The notes below the pieces were generated by a model, which saw nothing but the letters and a program-made list of their open reading frames with translations, ran no database searches and was not told the origin of the DNA. A program made the position numbers and the translations under genes. A stretch of DNA of 64,000 nucleotides. Origin: an uncultured Caldithrix sp. Lineage in GTDB: Bacteria; Electryoneota; AABM5-125-24; Hatepunaeales; Hatepunaeaceae. The stretch is taken from assembly GCA_964355675.1 (NCBI GenBank), contig CAYHEC010000006.1:1-64000 (forward strand), written 5' to 3'. Numbering within the stretch: the first letter of the stretch is position 1; every line of letters starts with the position of its first letter. Of the stretch, positions 1 to 9,564 are shown piece after piece.

Positions 1-112
1 GTTTACGAGCCCGTCCGTTTACGAGCCCGTCCGTTTACGAGCCCGTCCGTTTACGAGCCCGTCCGTTTACGTGCCACCTCGCGTAGGGGCCGTTTACGAG
101 CCCACTAAAGCG
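1..112. repeat. Tandem array of a 16-bp unit 'gtttacgagcccgtcc' (~4 copies) followed by 'gtttacgtgccacctcgcgtaggggccgtttacgagccc'; related to the array at 4095-4260
   Basis: Direct reading of the sequence; same motifs recur at 4095-4260. Confidence 0.9.
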
Positions 113-1744
113 CTACCTAACCAACACCATCCTCGTCGCCGCACTGTTTTCCCCCTGCTGGAGACGGAGCCAATAGGTCCCCGCCGCCAGACCACCGGCA
201 TCGACAGTAAGGCGAAACTCGCAGGGATGAGCGACCTCTTCAGTCCACTGGCGGAGTGACCTGCCACCAATGTCGGACAGCGAGAGGTTAACCAACCCGG
301 GACCGGGAACGGTGAAAGTGACGACTGCGCTCGAATTGAAGGGCGAAGGATAGGGGTGGTTAAGAGTCAGGGTTGAGGGAAGCAACGGGATCGGATCCAC
401 TACCTTTAGTTCCCCCGCTCCAGACAAAACAACGGTGTATTGATAATCTGGATTCCACATGGTGGATCTATTCCCCCAAGCCGTGATGAGTAATGTGTCT
501 TGAAAAACACCTCCCGAGTCCGGACGAAATGTCACGAAAAAGGTTTCCTCACGATCCTTGGCAAGAAGCGCATATTGCCGAAACCCGAAGCCCGTGAAGC
601 GACCATTTTGAACACAATAGAGGATAGTGTGACCCTCGCCTTGCGGAAGCACATCCGTTGAAATCGCTTCGATAACAGTAATGGGGTTGTCGATCAGCCC
701 AAAATTCCACCTCATCGCCACATCATCGCTGATAACCAGACCTGCCCTGTCCATCAGATCCTCAACGGACGTCGGTTCTTCGTGGAATCGCTCCCGATAG
801 AGATCGACATACCTTTGAATGTCAAGCATTGCATTTTGAACACCCTCAACGCCTAAATCGTTCATGCAGAATCGGCTGGGATCGTAGTCTGGATTGTATT
901 CGTACTTGAAATCGAGGTCAAGTTGAAGATAATCACCGCTGGTATTCGTGATCCGTAGCTCCCGTCTTCCTTTCAAACCGGAAGGCACAACTCCAAAGTC
1001 CAATTCATACTCAGATATTTCAATAAACTGATTGTAATATCCTCGTCCTTTCAATGCACATCTGGTCGTCCCATTATTCCCCCGGTTCAGATTTAAGAAT
1101 CCCCCAACCTGCCCAACCTCGTCAGGTATGAAGGTCACTACCAAATCAAGCCCCTCATCGCCCGCAGGAAGACTGAAGGCGGTCCTTGGTCCGTACTCTA
1201 AGTACTCCTCTTCTTCAGCATAGAATTGATTAGTCTGAAAATCGAAAAGTATTCGATGGCCTTCTCCGCCCGGCATTTCACGAGTCGAAACAGCTTCGAT
1301 TAGTGTTATTGGGTTGTCACCTATCACGATAAAATCCCATTGCCTGAAAACACTACCCCCCATATCAAGATAATCACGCTCTGCCAATTGCATGATTCCA
1401 TTAGCATCCTCCCCGAAATCCTGCCTGAACGCGCCTACCGCATCGACGATCTCGCGAATCGCGGCTCGGGCCGCGGCGGCCTCAGGAAGCAGTAACTCAA
1501 AGTGTTTATTTTTCAGTCCCATTTGATTTTCAAAATCGAACTCACAAGTAATATCGATATCCGAGTCGCTGTGATTAACGATTCGAATCAACCGATCATG
1601 GCTTGGACGTCCGATTTCGCCGATTGCAGTTCTACCGAAGTCGAGAGAATCGGGTTCGATCATAACCTCCTGAGCGTAGGAGGCCGAGAGGAAGAGGAAC
1701 TGCGAGATAAGATTGAAGGCGATAACGGTGGTGCGACGGTTCAT
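113..1744 (-). CDS. Secreted protein with internally duplicated domain and Por/T9SS-like C-terminal sorting domain
   Basis: N-terminal signal peptide (MNRRTTVIAFNLISQFLFLSASYAQE); two homologous internal segments (…IGDNPITLIEAVST…GEGH… / …IDNPITVIEAISTD…GEGH…); C-terminus …GTYWLRLQQGENSAATRMVLVR resembles T9SS CTD. Confidence 0.6.
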   Translation of the reverse strand: MNRRTTVIAFNLISQFLFLSASYAQEVMIEPDSLDFGRTAIGEIGRPSHDRLIRIVNHSDSDIDITCEFDFENQMGLKNKHFELLLPEAAAARAAIREIVDAVGAFRQDFGEDANGIMQLAERDYLDMGGSVFRQWDFIVIGDNPITLIEAVSTREMPGGEGHRILFDFQTNQFYAEEEEYLEYGPRTAFSLPAGDEGLDLVVTFIPDEVGQVGGFLNLNRGNNGTTRCALKGRGYYNQFIEISEYELDFGVVPSGLKGRRELRITNTSGDYLQLDLDFKYEYNPDYDPSRFCMNDLGVEGVQNAMLDIQRYVDLYRERFHEEPTSVEDLMDRAGLVISDDVAMRWNFGLIDNPITVIEAISTDVLPQGEGHTILYCVQNGRFTGFGFRQYALLAKDREETFFVTFRPDSGGVFQDTLLITAWGNRSTMWNPDYQYTVVLSGAGELKVVDPIPLLPSTLTLNHPYPSPFNSSAVVTFTVPGPGLVNLSLSDIGGRSLRQWTEEVAHPCEFRLTVDAGGLAAGTYWLRLQQGENSAATRMVLVR

Positions 1745-2141
1745 TGGTCAAGTTTCCAGAAAATTAGTGTTAATTGCACATTTTGCACGGTGCGGTGCGA
1801 AGTTCAAGCGTGACAGGACGTTTGGAGCGAAAATGTCGCAATTTATGTGCCGAAAGACAAATCTTGCCGTCGGGTGTCCTCACCCGACGGACATCAAACG
1901 CGACAGGATGGCGGCGTTACGCCCTTGCGTTCGGCAAATCCTTGCGCTAAATTGTACTAATCCTTTCTATAATCTCGCTGAGTGACGTAGGGCGGATTGC
2001 AATCCGCCCTACTTAACCGCTACGGATGCTCAGCGGCTACGCGCACATCAGAACCTAAACTCTTGGAGGGTGGACTTCAGTCCGCCCTTGAGGGCGGGTT
2101 ATAGCCCGCACTCCAAGACTTTCAAAACTAATGGGGTCATC

Positions 2142-4094
2142 ATGTTGCAACTCTCGCTTTATTATCTGCTTGGCGGAGCGTTCGCGTTGCTCCTCCTCAT
2201 CCTTATTGTCCCCTCCATCCATGTGATCGGGCCGACCCAGGTCGGTCTCGTCACCAAGCGCTTCTCGTTCAAGAAACTCGCCGAAGACAACCTGCTCGCC
2301 TTTCACGGCGAAGCCGGTTACCAGGCCGAACTGCTGATGCCGGGCTGGCGATGGCGGTTCTGGATCGTCTTTGCCGTCTCCAAGTTCCCTTGGGTGCAGG
2401 TTCCTGCCGGCGAAATCGGCGTCGTTATCGCCCAGATCGGCGCGCCACTGCCGATCGGCGCCAAGTCAGCTCGCTACACCCCGAAGTTAGTGAACTTCAC
2501 CAACATCGTCCAGTTTCTCGAAAACGGCGGTCAGAAAGGCGTCCAGCGCCCGGTACTGCCTCCGGGAACTCTCGCCCCGATCCACCCGGTCGGCTTCCTC
2601 GTCCTGACTAAAAATCAAATCTACGGGCTTCCGGTCGCCCCGGAACTGCAAAAGAAACTCGGCCGCGACGAGCGTCTCACTACCCTTGCCTTTGGCTTGA
2701 TGCCGGAAAGACTTGAAGTCGTGCGGATTGCACCCCAGCAGGAAAAGTCAGGCGCGATCATCGACATGGTCGGCATCGTCACCTGCTTCGAGGGCGACCC
2801 ACTACCTTCCGGCGATATCTCCAGCCGTTTGGGAGGTTTCGCAGATGTTTTGGAAGCAGAAAACTCCGGCAAAACCGATAGTGAAATCACCGAAATGATC
2901 CTCGGAAGTAAAAACTACCTTCACAACAACTATCAGGACTTCCAGAAATTCCTCGATGAAGGCGGCAAGATCGGACTCCAGCACGACGTCCTGCTCTACG
3001 GAATGTTCAACCTCAATCCGTTCCTCGTCGCTGTCGAGATGGTTCCGATGCTGGTCATCAAACAGGGCGAAGTCGGCGTTGTCAAGTCGTATGTCGGTCT
3101 GGTGACACAGGATACGTCGGGGACGATGTTCAAATACGGCTCTCTGGTCGTGCCCGGTCACCGGGGGATCTGGCGCGAACCACTGCGCACCGGCAAGTAC
3201 CCCATCAACCCGCGTTGCTATCAGGCTGAGTTAGTGCCGACGGCGATTTTGACGCTCAACTGGGCGGATACGGTCTCGGAAGCGCACAGCCTCGACCGGA
3301 TGCTCTCGCAGATCACGGCCAAGTCGTGCGAGGGGTTCGTCTTCCATATCGATCTACAGGTGCAGATTCACGTCCCCGACACCAAGGCTCCACGGGTGAT
3401 CTCGATGGTCGGGACGATGCAGGCGCTGGTGAACGAGGTCTTACAGGCGGCGGTAGGCAACCACTTCCGCGACCGTCTCCAGTCGATGCCGGCGGTGCAG
3501 TTCATCCAGACGCGGCAGTCGGTGCAGTTGGAAGCGCTCCACCACATCCGCGAACAGCTTGAGGACTACGACGTCGAGACGAAAGGCGTCTATATTCAGG
3601 ATGTTATCCTCCCCGACGCGCTGGTCAACGTATTGACCGAGCGGGAGATTGCCGCGCAGGAGGTTGCGACCTACAAACGTCAGCAGGAGGCTCAGGAACA
3701 GCGCATCCAGACCGAGCACTCGCGCGGAACGGCGGACATGCAACACGATCTGGCGCGGTCGGCGGTCAACGTTACTATCGAGACTAACAACGCCTCGGCG
3801 ATCAAAGCCAAAGCCGACGGCGAGGCGACCTACATCCGCCAGACAGGTGGCGCGAAGGGGGCTGAGGTGGAGGCGGTGGGACTTGCGCGGGCGACGGCTT
3901 ACAAGGCGCAGGTTGAGGCTCTGGGGAAGGAAGCCACCGCGGCGGTGAACATCGTGACGGCGCTTTCGGATGGCAAGGGGACGGGGAGGATTGTGCCGGA
4001 GGTGTTGGTGATGGGCGGTGAAGGCGGAGGAGCGATCAACGGCTTAGCGGCGTCTCTCATCAAGAAATTCAGCGGAAAGAAGGAGGAAGCGTAG
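2142..4094 (+). CDS. Flotillin/SPFH (band-7) family membrane protein, YqiK-like (ORF opens at 2070; MLQLSLYY... at 2142 is the likelier start)
   Basis: N-terminal TM helix, SPFH-like core, C-terminal Ala/Glu-rich coiled coil ending ...KAQVEALGKEATAAVNIVTALSDGKGTGRIVPEVLVMGGEGGG typical of flotillin C-termini. Confidence 0.55.
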   Translation: MLQLSLYYLLGGAFALLLLILIVPSIHVIGPTQVGLVTKRFSFKKLAEDNLLAFHGEAGYQAELLMPGWRWRFWIVFAVSKFPWVQVPAGEIGVVIAQIGAPLPIGAKSARYTPKLVNFTNIVQFLENGGQKGVQRPVLPPGTLAPIHPVGFLVLTKNQIYGLPVAPELQKKLGRDERLTTLAFGLMPERLEVVRIAPQQEKSGAIIDMVGIVTCFEGDPLPSGDISSRLGGFADVLEAENSGKTDSEITEMILGSKNYLHNNYQDFQKFLDEGGKIGLQHDVLLYGMFNLNPFLVAVEMVPMLVIKQGEVGVVKSYVGLVTQDTSGTMFKYGSLVVPGHRGIWREPLRTGKYPINPRCYQAELVPTAILTLNWADTVSEAHSLDRMLSQITAKSCEGFVFHIDLQVQIHVPDTKAPRVISMVGTMQALVNEVLQAAVGNHFRDRLQSMPAVQFIQTRQSVQLEALHHIREQLEDYDVETKGVYIQDVILPDALVNVLTEREIAAQEVATYKRQQEAQEQRIQTEHSRGTADMQHDLARSAVNVTIETNNASAIKAKADGEATYIRQTGGAKGAEVEAVGLARATAYKAQVEALGKEATAAVNIVTALSDGKGTGRIVPEVLVMGGEGGGAINGLAASLIKKFSGKKEEA

Positions 4095-4260
4095 GGGCCG
4101 TTTACGAGCCCGTCCGTTTACGAGCCCCGTCTGTCTGCAAGCCACCTCGCGTAGGGGCCGTTTACGAGCCCGTCCGTTTACGAGCCCCGTCTGTTTACGT
4201 GCCACCTCGCGTAGGGGCCGTTTACGAGCCCAAGCCAAATCGCGTAGGGGCGGATTTCCA
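4095..4260. repeat. Two-plus copies of a ~66-bp unit (gtaggggccgtttacgagcccgtccgtttacgagccccgtctgt..gccacctcgc) built from the same 16-mer as the array at 1-112
   Basis: Direct reading; the arrays bracket the 113-4094 two-gene block in direct orientation. Confidence 0.85.
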
Positions 4261-4357
4261 AATCCGACAGGAGTATGGGCGTCTCTGCCGGGTCGGTACG
4301 GTGGGGCTAAGCCTGCCCTCGTGAAAACGGGGGTACCCGCCCGCGCCGATAGGCGCG

Positions 4358-4579
4358 TCATTCCCGTGCAGACGGGAGCCGAAGGCCGCGTAGCAATCCA
4401 GTCCGGCGATTGAAATGTTCTTCAGCCTGCTCGATGGTGAAGGTGCAGTCTTCGCGGCTATCGCGGAGCCCTTCTTCGATCTTGGCTTGGTGGATGATTT
4501 CTTCGAGAATATCGTCCAGATTGGCCGTCTTGGGAAGGGACATGATTGCGTGTATGGCGAGTTCCTGCAAGTCGGACAT
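4358..4579 (-). CDS. Small hypothetical protein (73 aa), divergent from the MmeI-family gene; possibly antitoxin/controller-like
   Basis: ORF only; acidic helical small protein (…LDDILEEIIHQAKIEEGLRD…); no firm family assignment. Confidence 0.3.
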   Translation of the reverse strand: MSDLQELAIHAIMSLPKTANLDDILEEIIHQAKIEEGLRDSREDCTFTIEQAEEHFNRRTGLLRGLRLPSARE

Positions 4580-4833
4580 GGGTCTTGTTTCCGTTTGGTT
4601 TATCTACTTCAGAATAACACTCCTGCGACTGAAAATCAAGACGTGCCGGTAACGAACGCACCGGAAACCACGCAAGCAATTTTTTAGCCCGTCTTTGCGA
4701 TACCGAAGGTTCGGCAGAAGCAATCTCGGCTTGACTTTGGGGGGAAGGTTTTGCAGATTGGGAGAGGGCGCAGTTAATACCAATAACATCGCCGGTCTGT
4801 TGGTCTAAAAGTAACTTATAAGAGAAATTCACC

Positions 4834-7581
4834 ATGCCATTAAGTTGGAATGAAATCCGCGCGCGAGCGACAAAGTTCGCCAAGGACTGGGAAAATACTT
4901 CTTCGGAGAAAGCTGAAGCTCAAACCTTTTGGAATGAGTTTTTTGAAGTTTTTGGCGTATCGCGACGACGAGTAGCATCTTTTGAGCATCATGTCAGCCC
5001 TCGTCCTGAGAGTGGCGGTATCATTGACCTTCTTTGGAAAGGTATTGTTCTTATTGAGCACAAATCGCGCGGAAGGAACCTCGATCGGGCTTATGAGCAA
5101 GCTATCAGTTATTTTCCAGGAATAGAGAACCGTGACCTTCCACGTTACATCCTTGTCTCGGACTTTGCCCGACTTCGACTTTATGATTTGGAGACGTCTG
5201 AAGTACATGACATCCTGCTAATAGACTTTCCATTACATGTTGATATGTTTGGATTCATCGCTGGATATGAAACGCGCTCATTTGGGCAGGAAGACCCCGT
5301 TAACATAAAAGCTGCAATGAAGATGGGGGAGTTGCATGATGAACTCTCTGACGCTAAATACAAAGGTCACAGGTTAGAGGCACTTCTTATTCGTCTTTTG
5401 TTCTGCATGTTCGCAGATACTACTGGAATATTCCAGCGCGGTCAATTCAGAGAATACCTTGAACTCCGCACGTTAAAGGACGGGTCTGATTTAGGAAATC
5501 AACTTGGAATGGTGTTCCAAGTCTTGAACCAGCCCGAAAATGAACGCCAGTCAACCCTCGACGAGCAATTGGCTCTTTTCCCTTATGTGGATGGAAAATT
5601 ATTCGAAGAAGCGCTGCCAATTGCTGCTTTTAATAGCCAGATGCGCGAAATTCTGCTTGATTGCTGCAAACTCGATTGGGGGAAAATCAGCCCGGCGATC
5701 TTCGGGTCGATCTTTCAATCGGTCATGGATCAGGCAGAGCGACGTCGCACTGGAGGTCACTATACTTCAGAGACGAATATCTTAAAGGCTCTAAAGCCGC
5801 TCTTTCTTGATGACCTGGAGCGTGAATTTGAGCAAAAATATCATAATATAAGATCTCTCAAAGCACTTCATAAAAAAATCGCGAAGCTGAAAATACTCGA
5901 TCCCGCCTGCGGATGCGGTAATTTTCTTTCCATCGCCTATCGTGAGTTACGGTTCTTAGAGATCAAAATTCTCAGAGAGTTACACAAGAACTCGCCAGAA
6001 TTTTTCTCGCTTGAAACTTCTATCGTTCTAAACGTCAATCAATTCTATGGCATAGAGATCAATGAATTTCCTGCACAGATAGCCCAGGTATCGATGTGGC
6101 TCACCGATCACCAAATGAATATTTTCGCCTCTACTGAATTTGGACAGATGAAGGAGAGTATCCCACTTCGGTCATCCGCCAATATTATTCAGGGAAACGC
6201 CCTGCAGCTCGATTGGGCGAAACTGGTTAAGCCGAAAGACCTTTCTTATATCGTCGGTAATCCTCCGTTTATCGGGGCAAAACACCTTGATGCAGATCAG
6301 GTGAAGGAGCGGAACAGTATATTCACCGGAGTGCCGAATGCTGGAGTTCTCGACTATGTTTGTTGTTGGTACAAAAAGGCTGCCCAGATTATGAATGCGC
6401 ATCCACATGTTCGCGCTGCATTTGTATCTACGAACTCAATAACACAGGGAGAGCAGGTCGGTGTGCTCTGGAATGACCCGACGATGAGAACTGTGAACAT
6501 CAAGTTTGCCCACCGAACTTTTCAATGGATGAGCGAGTCGAGGGGGAAAGCCGCTGTTCATTGCGTGATTATCGGGCTTTCGAGCCAAAATACGAACGGC
6601 AAGATCATCTTCGAGTATGACAATGTTAAGGCTGAACCTAAGGCAATAAAGGCATCTCAGATTAATCCTTATTTGGTTGATGCGCCGACAATTCTATTGC
6701 CAAATCGGAGCACTCCTCTCTGCCAGGTCCCTTCGATTGGTATTGGGAATAAACCTATCGATGATGGAAACTATCTGTTCACGCCTGAAGAGAAGATTCG
6801 ATTTCTGTTGAAAGAACCAAATGCAGCAAAATGGTTCCGCAGGTGGATTGGAGCCGATGAATTTATCAACGGAATCGAACGCTGGTGCTTATATCTAAAG
6901 GACTGTTCCCCATCTGAATTGAAAGCAATGCCCGAGGTGCTCAAGCGGGTAGAAGCTGTAAGGCAATTCCGTTTGAAGAGCATTGCAAAAAGCACCCGTG
7001 ACTTAGCTTCAAAACCGACGCGCTTTCATGTTGAGAATACTCCTGTAGGAGTCTGCCTAATAATCCCAGAAACATCTTCCGAACACCGTGGTTATATTCC
7101 AATTGGTTTTATTACAGATGATTATATATGCAGCAATAGGGTTAAATTAATGCATGATCCAGCCATGTACCACTTTGGCGTATTAACATCTCACATGCAT
7201 ATGGCATGGGTTCGAGCTGTGACGGGCAGATTGGAAAGCCGATATAGTTATTCCATCGGAATTGTTTATAATAACTTTGTGTGGCCTGATCCAACCCCTG
7301 CACAACGTGCCGTAATCGAGAAGCTTGCAAAGGAAGTACTCAACGAGCGTGACCGTTGGCCCGCTGAGACTTTAGCCGACCTCTACAACCCAAACACAAT
7401 GCCGACGAATCTTGTGAAGGCACACAAGAAATTGGACAAAGCCGTTGATGCTGCGTATGGCAAGAAGGACTTTGCTTCTGAGGCGGAGCGAGTTGCTTTT
7501 CTCTTCCAAAAATACCAAGCATTGACAAATGGATTTCTTCCTGTCGAAAAACATGTTGGCAGACGGGTTAGTAAACGATAA
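4834..7581 (+). CDS. MmeI-family type IIL/IIG restriction-modification enzyme (fused endonuclease / N6-adenine methyltransferase / target-recognition domain)
   Basis: 915 aa, close in length to MmeI (919 aa); N-terminus MPLSWNEIRARATKFAKDWENTSSEKAEAQTFWNEFFEVFGV...FEHHV matches the conserved MmeI-family N-terminal nuclease region; amino-MTase motif IV NPPF at ~6259-6270 (IVGNPPFIG). Confidence 0.85.
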   Translation: MPLSWNEIRARATKFAKDWENTSSEKAEAQTFWNEFFEVFGVSRRRVASFEHHVSPRPESGGIIDLLWKGIVLIEHKSRGRNLDRAYEQAISYFPGIENRDLPRYILVSDFARLRLYDLETSEVHDILLIDFPLHVDMFGFIAGYETRSFGQEDPVNIKAAMKMGELHDELSDAKYKGHRLEALLIRLLFCMFADTTGIFQRGQFREYLELRTLKDGSDLGNQLGMVFQVLNQPENERQSTLDEQLALFPYVDGKLFEEALPIAAFNSQMREILLDCCKLDWGKISPAIFGSIFQSVMDQAERRRTGGHYTSETNILKALKPLFLDDLEREFEQKYHNIRSLKALHKKIAKLKILDPACGCGNFLSIAYRELRFLEIKILRELHKNSPEFFSLETSIVLNVNQFYGIEINEFPAQIAQVSMWLTDHQMNIFASTEFGQMKESIPLRSSANIIQGNALQLDWAKLVKPKDLSYIVGNPPFIGAKHLDADQVKERNSIFTGVPNAGVLDYVCCWYKKAAQIMNAHPHVRAAFVSTNSITQGEQVGVLWNDPTMRTVNIKFAHRTFQWMSESRGKAAVHCVIIGLSSQNTNGKIIFEYDNVKAEPKAIKASQINPYLVDAPTILLPNRSTPLCQVPSIGIGNKPIDDGNYLFTPEEKIRFLLKEPNAAKWFRRWIGADEFINGIERWCLYLKDCSPSELKAMPEVLKRVEAVRQFRLKSIAKSTRDLASKPTRFHVENTPVGVCLIIPETSSEHRGYIPIGFITDDYICSNRVKLMHDPAMYHFGVLTSHMHMAWVRAVTGRLESRYSYSIGIVYNNFVWPDPTPAQRAVIEKLAKEVLNERDRWPAETLADLYNPNTMPTNLVKAHKKLDKAVDAAYGKKDFASEAERVAFLFQKYQALTNGFLPVEKHVGRRVSKR

Positions 7582-7762
7582 GCAAAGATCGGCGCAGGCG
7601 GCTACCTGTCCGCCCCACTGTAACACAAATGCGTGATCGATTCCTCTTCAGTCACCAATCGATCACGCCGGATTCCACCGTCTGACAGCCATTCCCGGCA
7701 TTCGGTGACTCTGTGATCGATTTTTTACCCCCGCTGACTCATCGACTGTTATAAAATAATAT

Positions 7763-9061
7763 TTGGAACCTAACATGACCTCATCACACATCAGCCGCAT
7801 CTTCCTTGCGGCAACCTTGATTGCCTTCTCCCGCTTCGCCCCCGCCTGCCCCTCCGGCCATCCGGAAGCATGCCCGGACGACAACTGCGCCCCCATCCCA
7901 AAGGACAACCTCCACAGCACTCAGGAAGAAAACTGGCAGAAGTACGCCAACAACCCCGTCTTCCTCGGCGTCGAAGGCGAATGGGACGCCGGGCCGACCT
8001 GCTTCGTCGTCAGACACTTCCCCTGGGGCTACATGATGATCTACTCAGCCGGAGGAAACTTCGGCAGTGGCTTCGGGCTGGCAACCTCCGAAGACGGCAT
8101 CACTTGGGAGCGCCACCCCAACAACCCGATCATGGTTCCCGACTCAGGCGTCGTCGTCTGGGGACCAGAACTCCTCCACGACGGCGAACGCTACCACCTC
8201 TGGTACGTCTCCAGCGGCATGGACCAGTCCGGCATCTCGCACGCAACCTCGGACGACGCGGTTCACTGGACTCAATCCGAAAACAACCCCGTCATCGACC
8301 ACGGCGGTTGCCACGCAGTGATCTGGGACGGCGAGCAGTACCGCATCTTTATTCAGCACGCTTCCGGCAGACAGCACGGCTTCGAACTGCAAGTCTCGGC
8401 GGATGGAGAATCTTGGGAGACCCGCGGCTTCACCTTCCGCTCGGGATCGGTCGGTAATTGGGACGAGATCACCGCCGCGCCGTCGGTGGCGTATTACGAA
8501 AACCAGCTCCACCTCTGGTACACCGGAGCCGATACCGTTGGCAACCGACGCGGCGAGATTGCTATCGGTCATGCCGCCTCCGACAACTGGGGCGACTCCT
8601 TCAAAATCCCCGAAGTGCGCACCGACCTGCGAGCCCTCAGGCCTACTGAACAGTGGGAGGGGAGAGGGCTCTACTCATCAGGGATTGACTTCGACGGGGA
8701 TTCGGTGAAGGTCTGGTACGCGGCGACGGGAGCCAACGGCGGGTTCGGGTTTGCCTCGAGAGCAGTTAATGCAGTAGCTCCCCGGACTGATGACCGAGCT
8801 GTCGAGCGGGCTCTCTGGAGCATTTCTCCCAATCCAGCGGCGGGAGGCGCGGTGAAGATCAACTATCTGGGGCGTCTCTCTGCTCCGGCGATAGTCAGGC
8901 TGTACGACGCTGGCGGGCGGATGGCATACCAGAAGGTTTTCGGAGCTAACGAGCCGATGCGGGTTGATCCGGCGGCGCTGGGCTTGCCGGTGGGGGAGTA
9001 CATCGTGCAGATAGTGGTTGGGAGCAAGGTTGTGCATCAGCGGCTTGCGGTGGTGAAGTGA
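7763..9061 (+). CDS. Secreted five-bladed beta-propeller glycoside-hydrolase-like protein (GH43/GH130-like fold) with Por/T9SS-type C-terminal domain
   Basis: Signal peptide; repeated W/NNP motifs (ANNPVF…GEWD, HPNNPIM, ENNPVIDHGG) typical of beta-propeller GH families; C-terminus …VKINYLGRLSAPAIVRLYDAGGRMAY…GEYIVQIVVGSKVVHQRLAVVK. Confidence 0.4.
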   Translation: MEPNMTSSHISRIFLAATLIAFSRFAPACPSGHPEACPDDNCAPIPKDNLHSTQEENWQKYANNPVFLGVEGEWDAGPTCFVVRHFPWGYMMIYSAGGNFGSGFGLATSEDGITWERHPNNPIMVPDSGVVVWGPELLHDGERYHLWYVSSGMDQSGISHATSDDAVHWTQSENNPVIDHGGCHAVIWDGEQYRIFIQHASGRQHGFELQVSADGESWETRGFTFRSGSVGNWDEITAAPSVAYYENQLHLWYTGADTVGNRRGEIAIGHAASDNWGDSFKIPEVRTDLRALRPTEQWEGRGLYSSGIDFDGDSVKVWYAATGANGGFGFASRAVNAVAPRTDDRAVERALWSISPNPAAGGAVKINYLGRLSAPAIVRLYDAGGRMAYQKVFGANEPMRVDPAALGLPVGEYIVQIVVGSKVVHQRLAVVK

Positions 9062-9120
9062 GATTAGCGGTAGCGGGGTTGCGAAAGGTCGGTGCGGGGT
9101 TTATCTTAGGGTATCGGGGA

Positions 9121-9236
9121 GGATAGGCATTCCTGCCTGTCTGTCAGTACGATAGGCATTCCTGCCTGTCTGTCAGTACGATAGGCATTCCTGCCTGTCT
9201 GTCAGTACGATAGGCATTCTTGCCTGTCAATTCAGG
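9121..9236. repeat. Tandem repeat, 30-bp unit 'ataggcattcctgcctgtctgtcagtacg' x3 plus a degenerate 4th copy
   Basis: Direct reading. Confidence 0.9.
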
Positions 9237-9282
9237 AGGACGGATCTCCGCATCCGTCCACTTCGTCCACTTCGTCCACCTT

Positions 9283-9360
9283 GCGTCTTTGGGATGGCGT
9301 TCAGAGTTCACAACTTCAGTGTGTCTTGCGTTCAGAGTTCACAACTTCAGTGTGTCTGGC
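9283..9360. repeat. Direct repeat of ~33 bp 'gcgttcagagttcacaacttcagtgtgtct' x2, preceded by 'cgtccacttcgtccacttcgtccacc' triplet
   Basis: Direct reading. Confidence 0.85.
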
Positions 9361-9564
9361 GTTGATCTGGTCGCTGAACCCGACTCGCGTAGAGGCCGAT
9401 GCCGACGCTTCGGCATCGTGCCCAAATTCCCAGTACGACAGGCGTCCCTGCCTGTCACATTTGATACCGGTACGGGCGAATTTATTCGCCTGTCTTTGAA
9501 GTTTTTAATTTACCTGTAAATTCTGGAAAAGAAAGAAAAACAGCACAAGAAAGGGAATCGTACC

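Noticed and set aside
2351-3948. Arg-rich ORFs overlapping the flotillin gene (2351-2611, 3326-3562, 3649-3948)
   Set aside because: Off-frame products of a high-GC gene; no independent support.
1-4260. Possible CRISPR arrays (regular short repeats at 1-112 and 4095-4260)
   Set aside because: Repeat units abut each other or are separated by copies of the same sequence; there are no unique spacers and no cas genes. These are tandem/satellite repeats.
4044-4361. 105-aa ORF on minus strand reading through the repeat array
   Set aside because: Composed of translated repeats (…RKRPLREVA… x3); an artefact of repeat periodicity.
4840-5363. Antisense ORFs (122 aa, 60 aa) within the MmeI-family gene
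   Set aside because: Fully embedded antisense to a confidently assigned 915-aa CDS.
7784-8708. Several Arg/Pro-rich ORFs (e.g. 7870-8457 +, 8144-8572 -, 8403-8708 +) inside the GH-like gene
   Set aside because: Alternate-frame or antisense ORFs of a GC-rich coding region with strongly biased composition; the 432-aa frame has the signal peptide and coherent domain structure.
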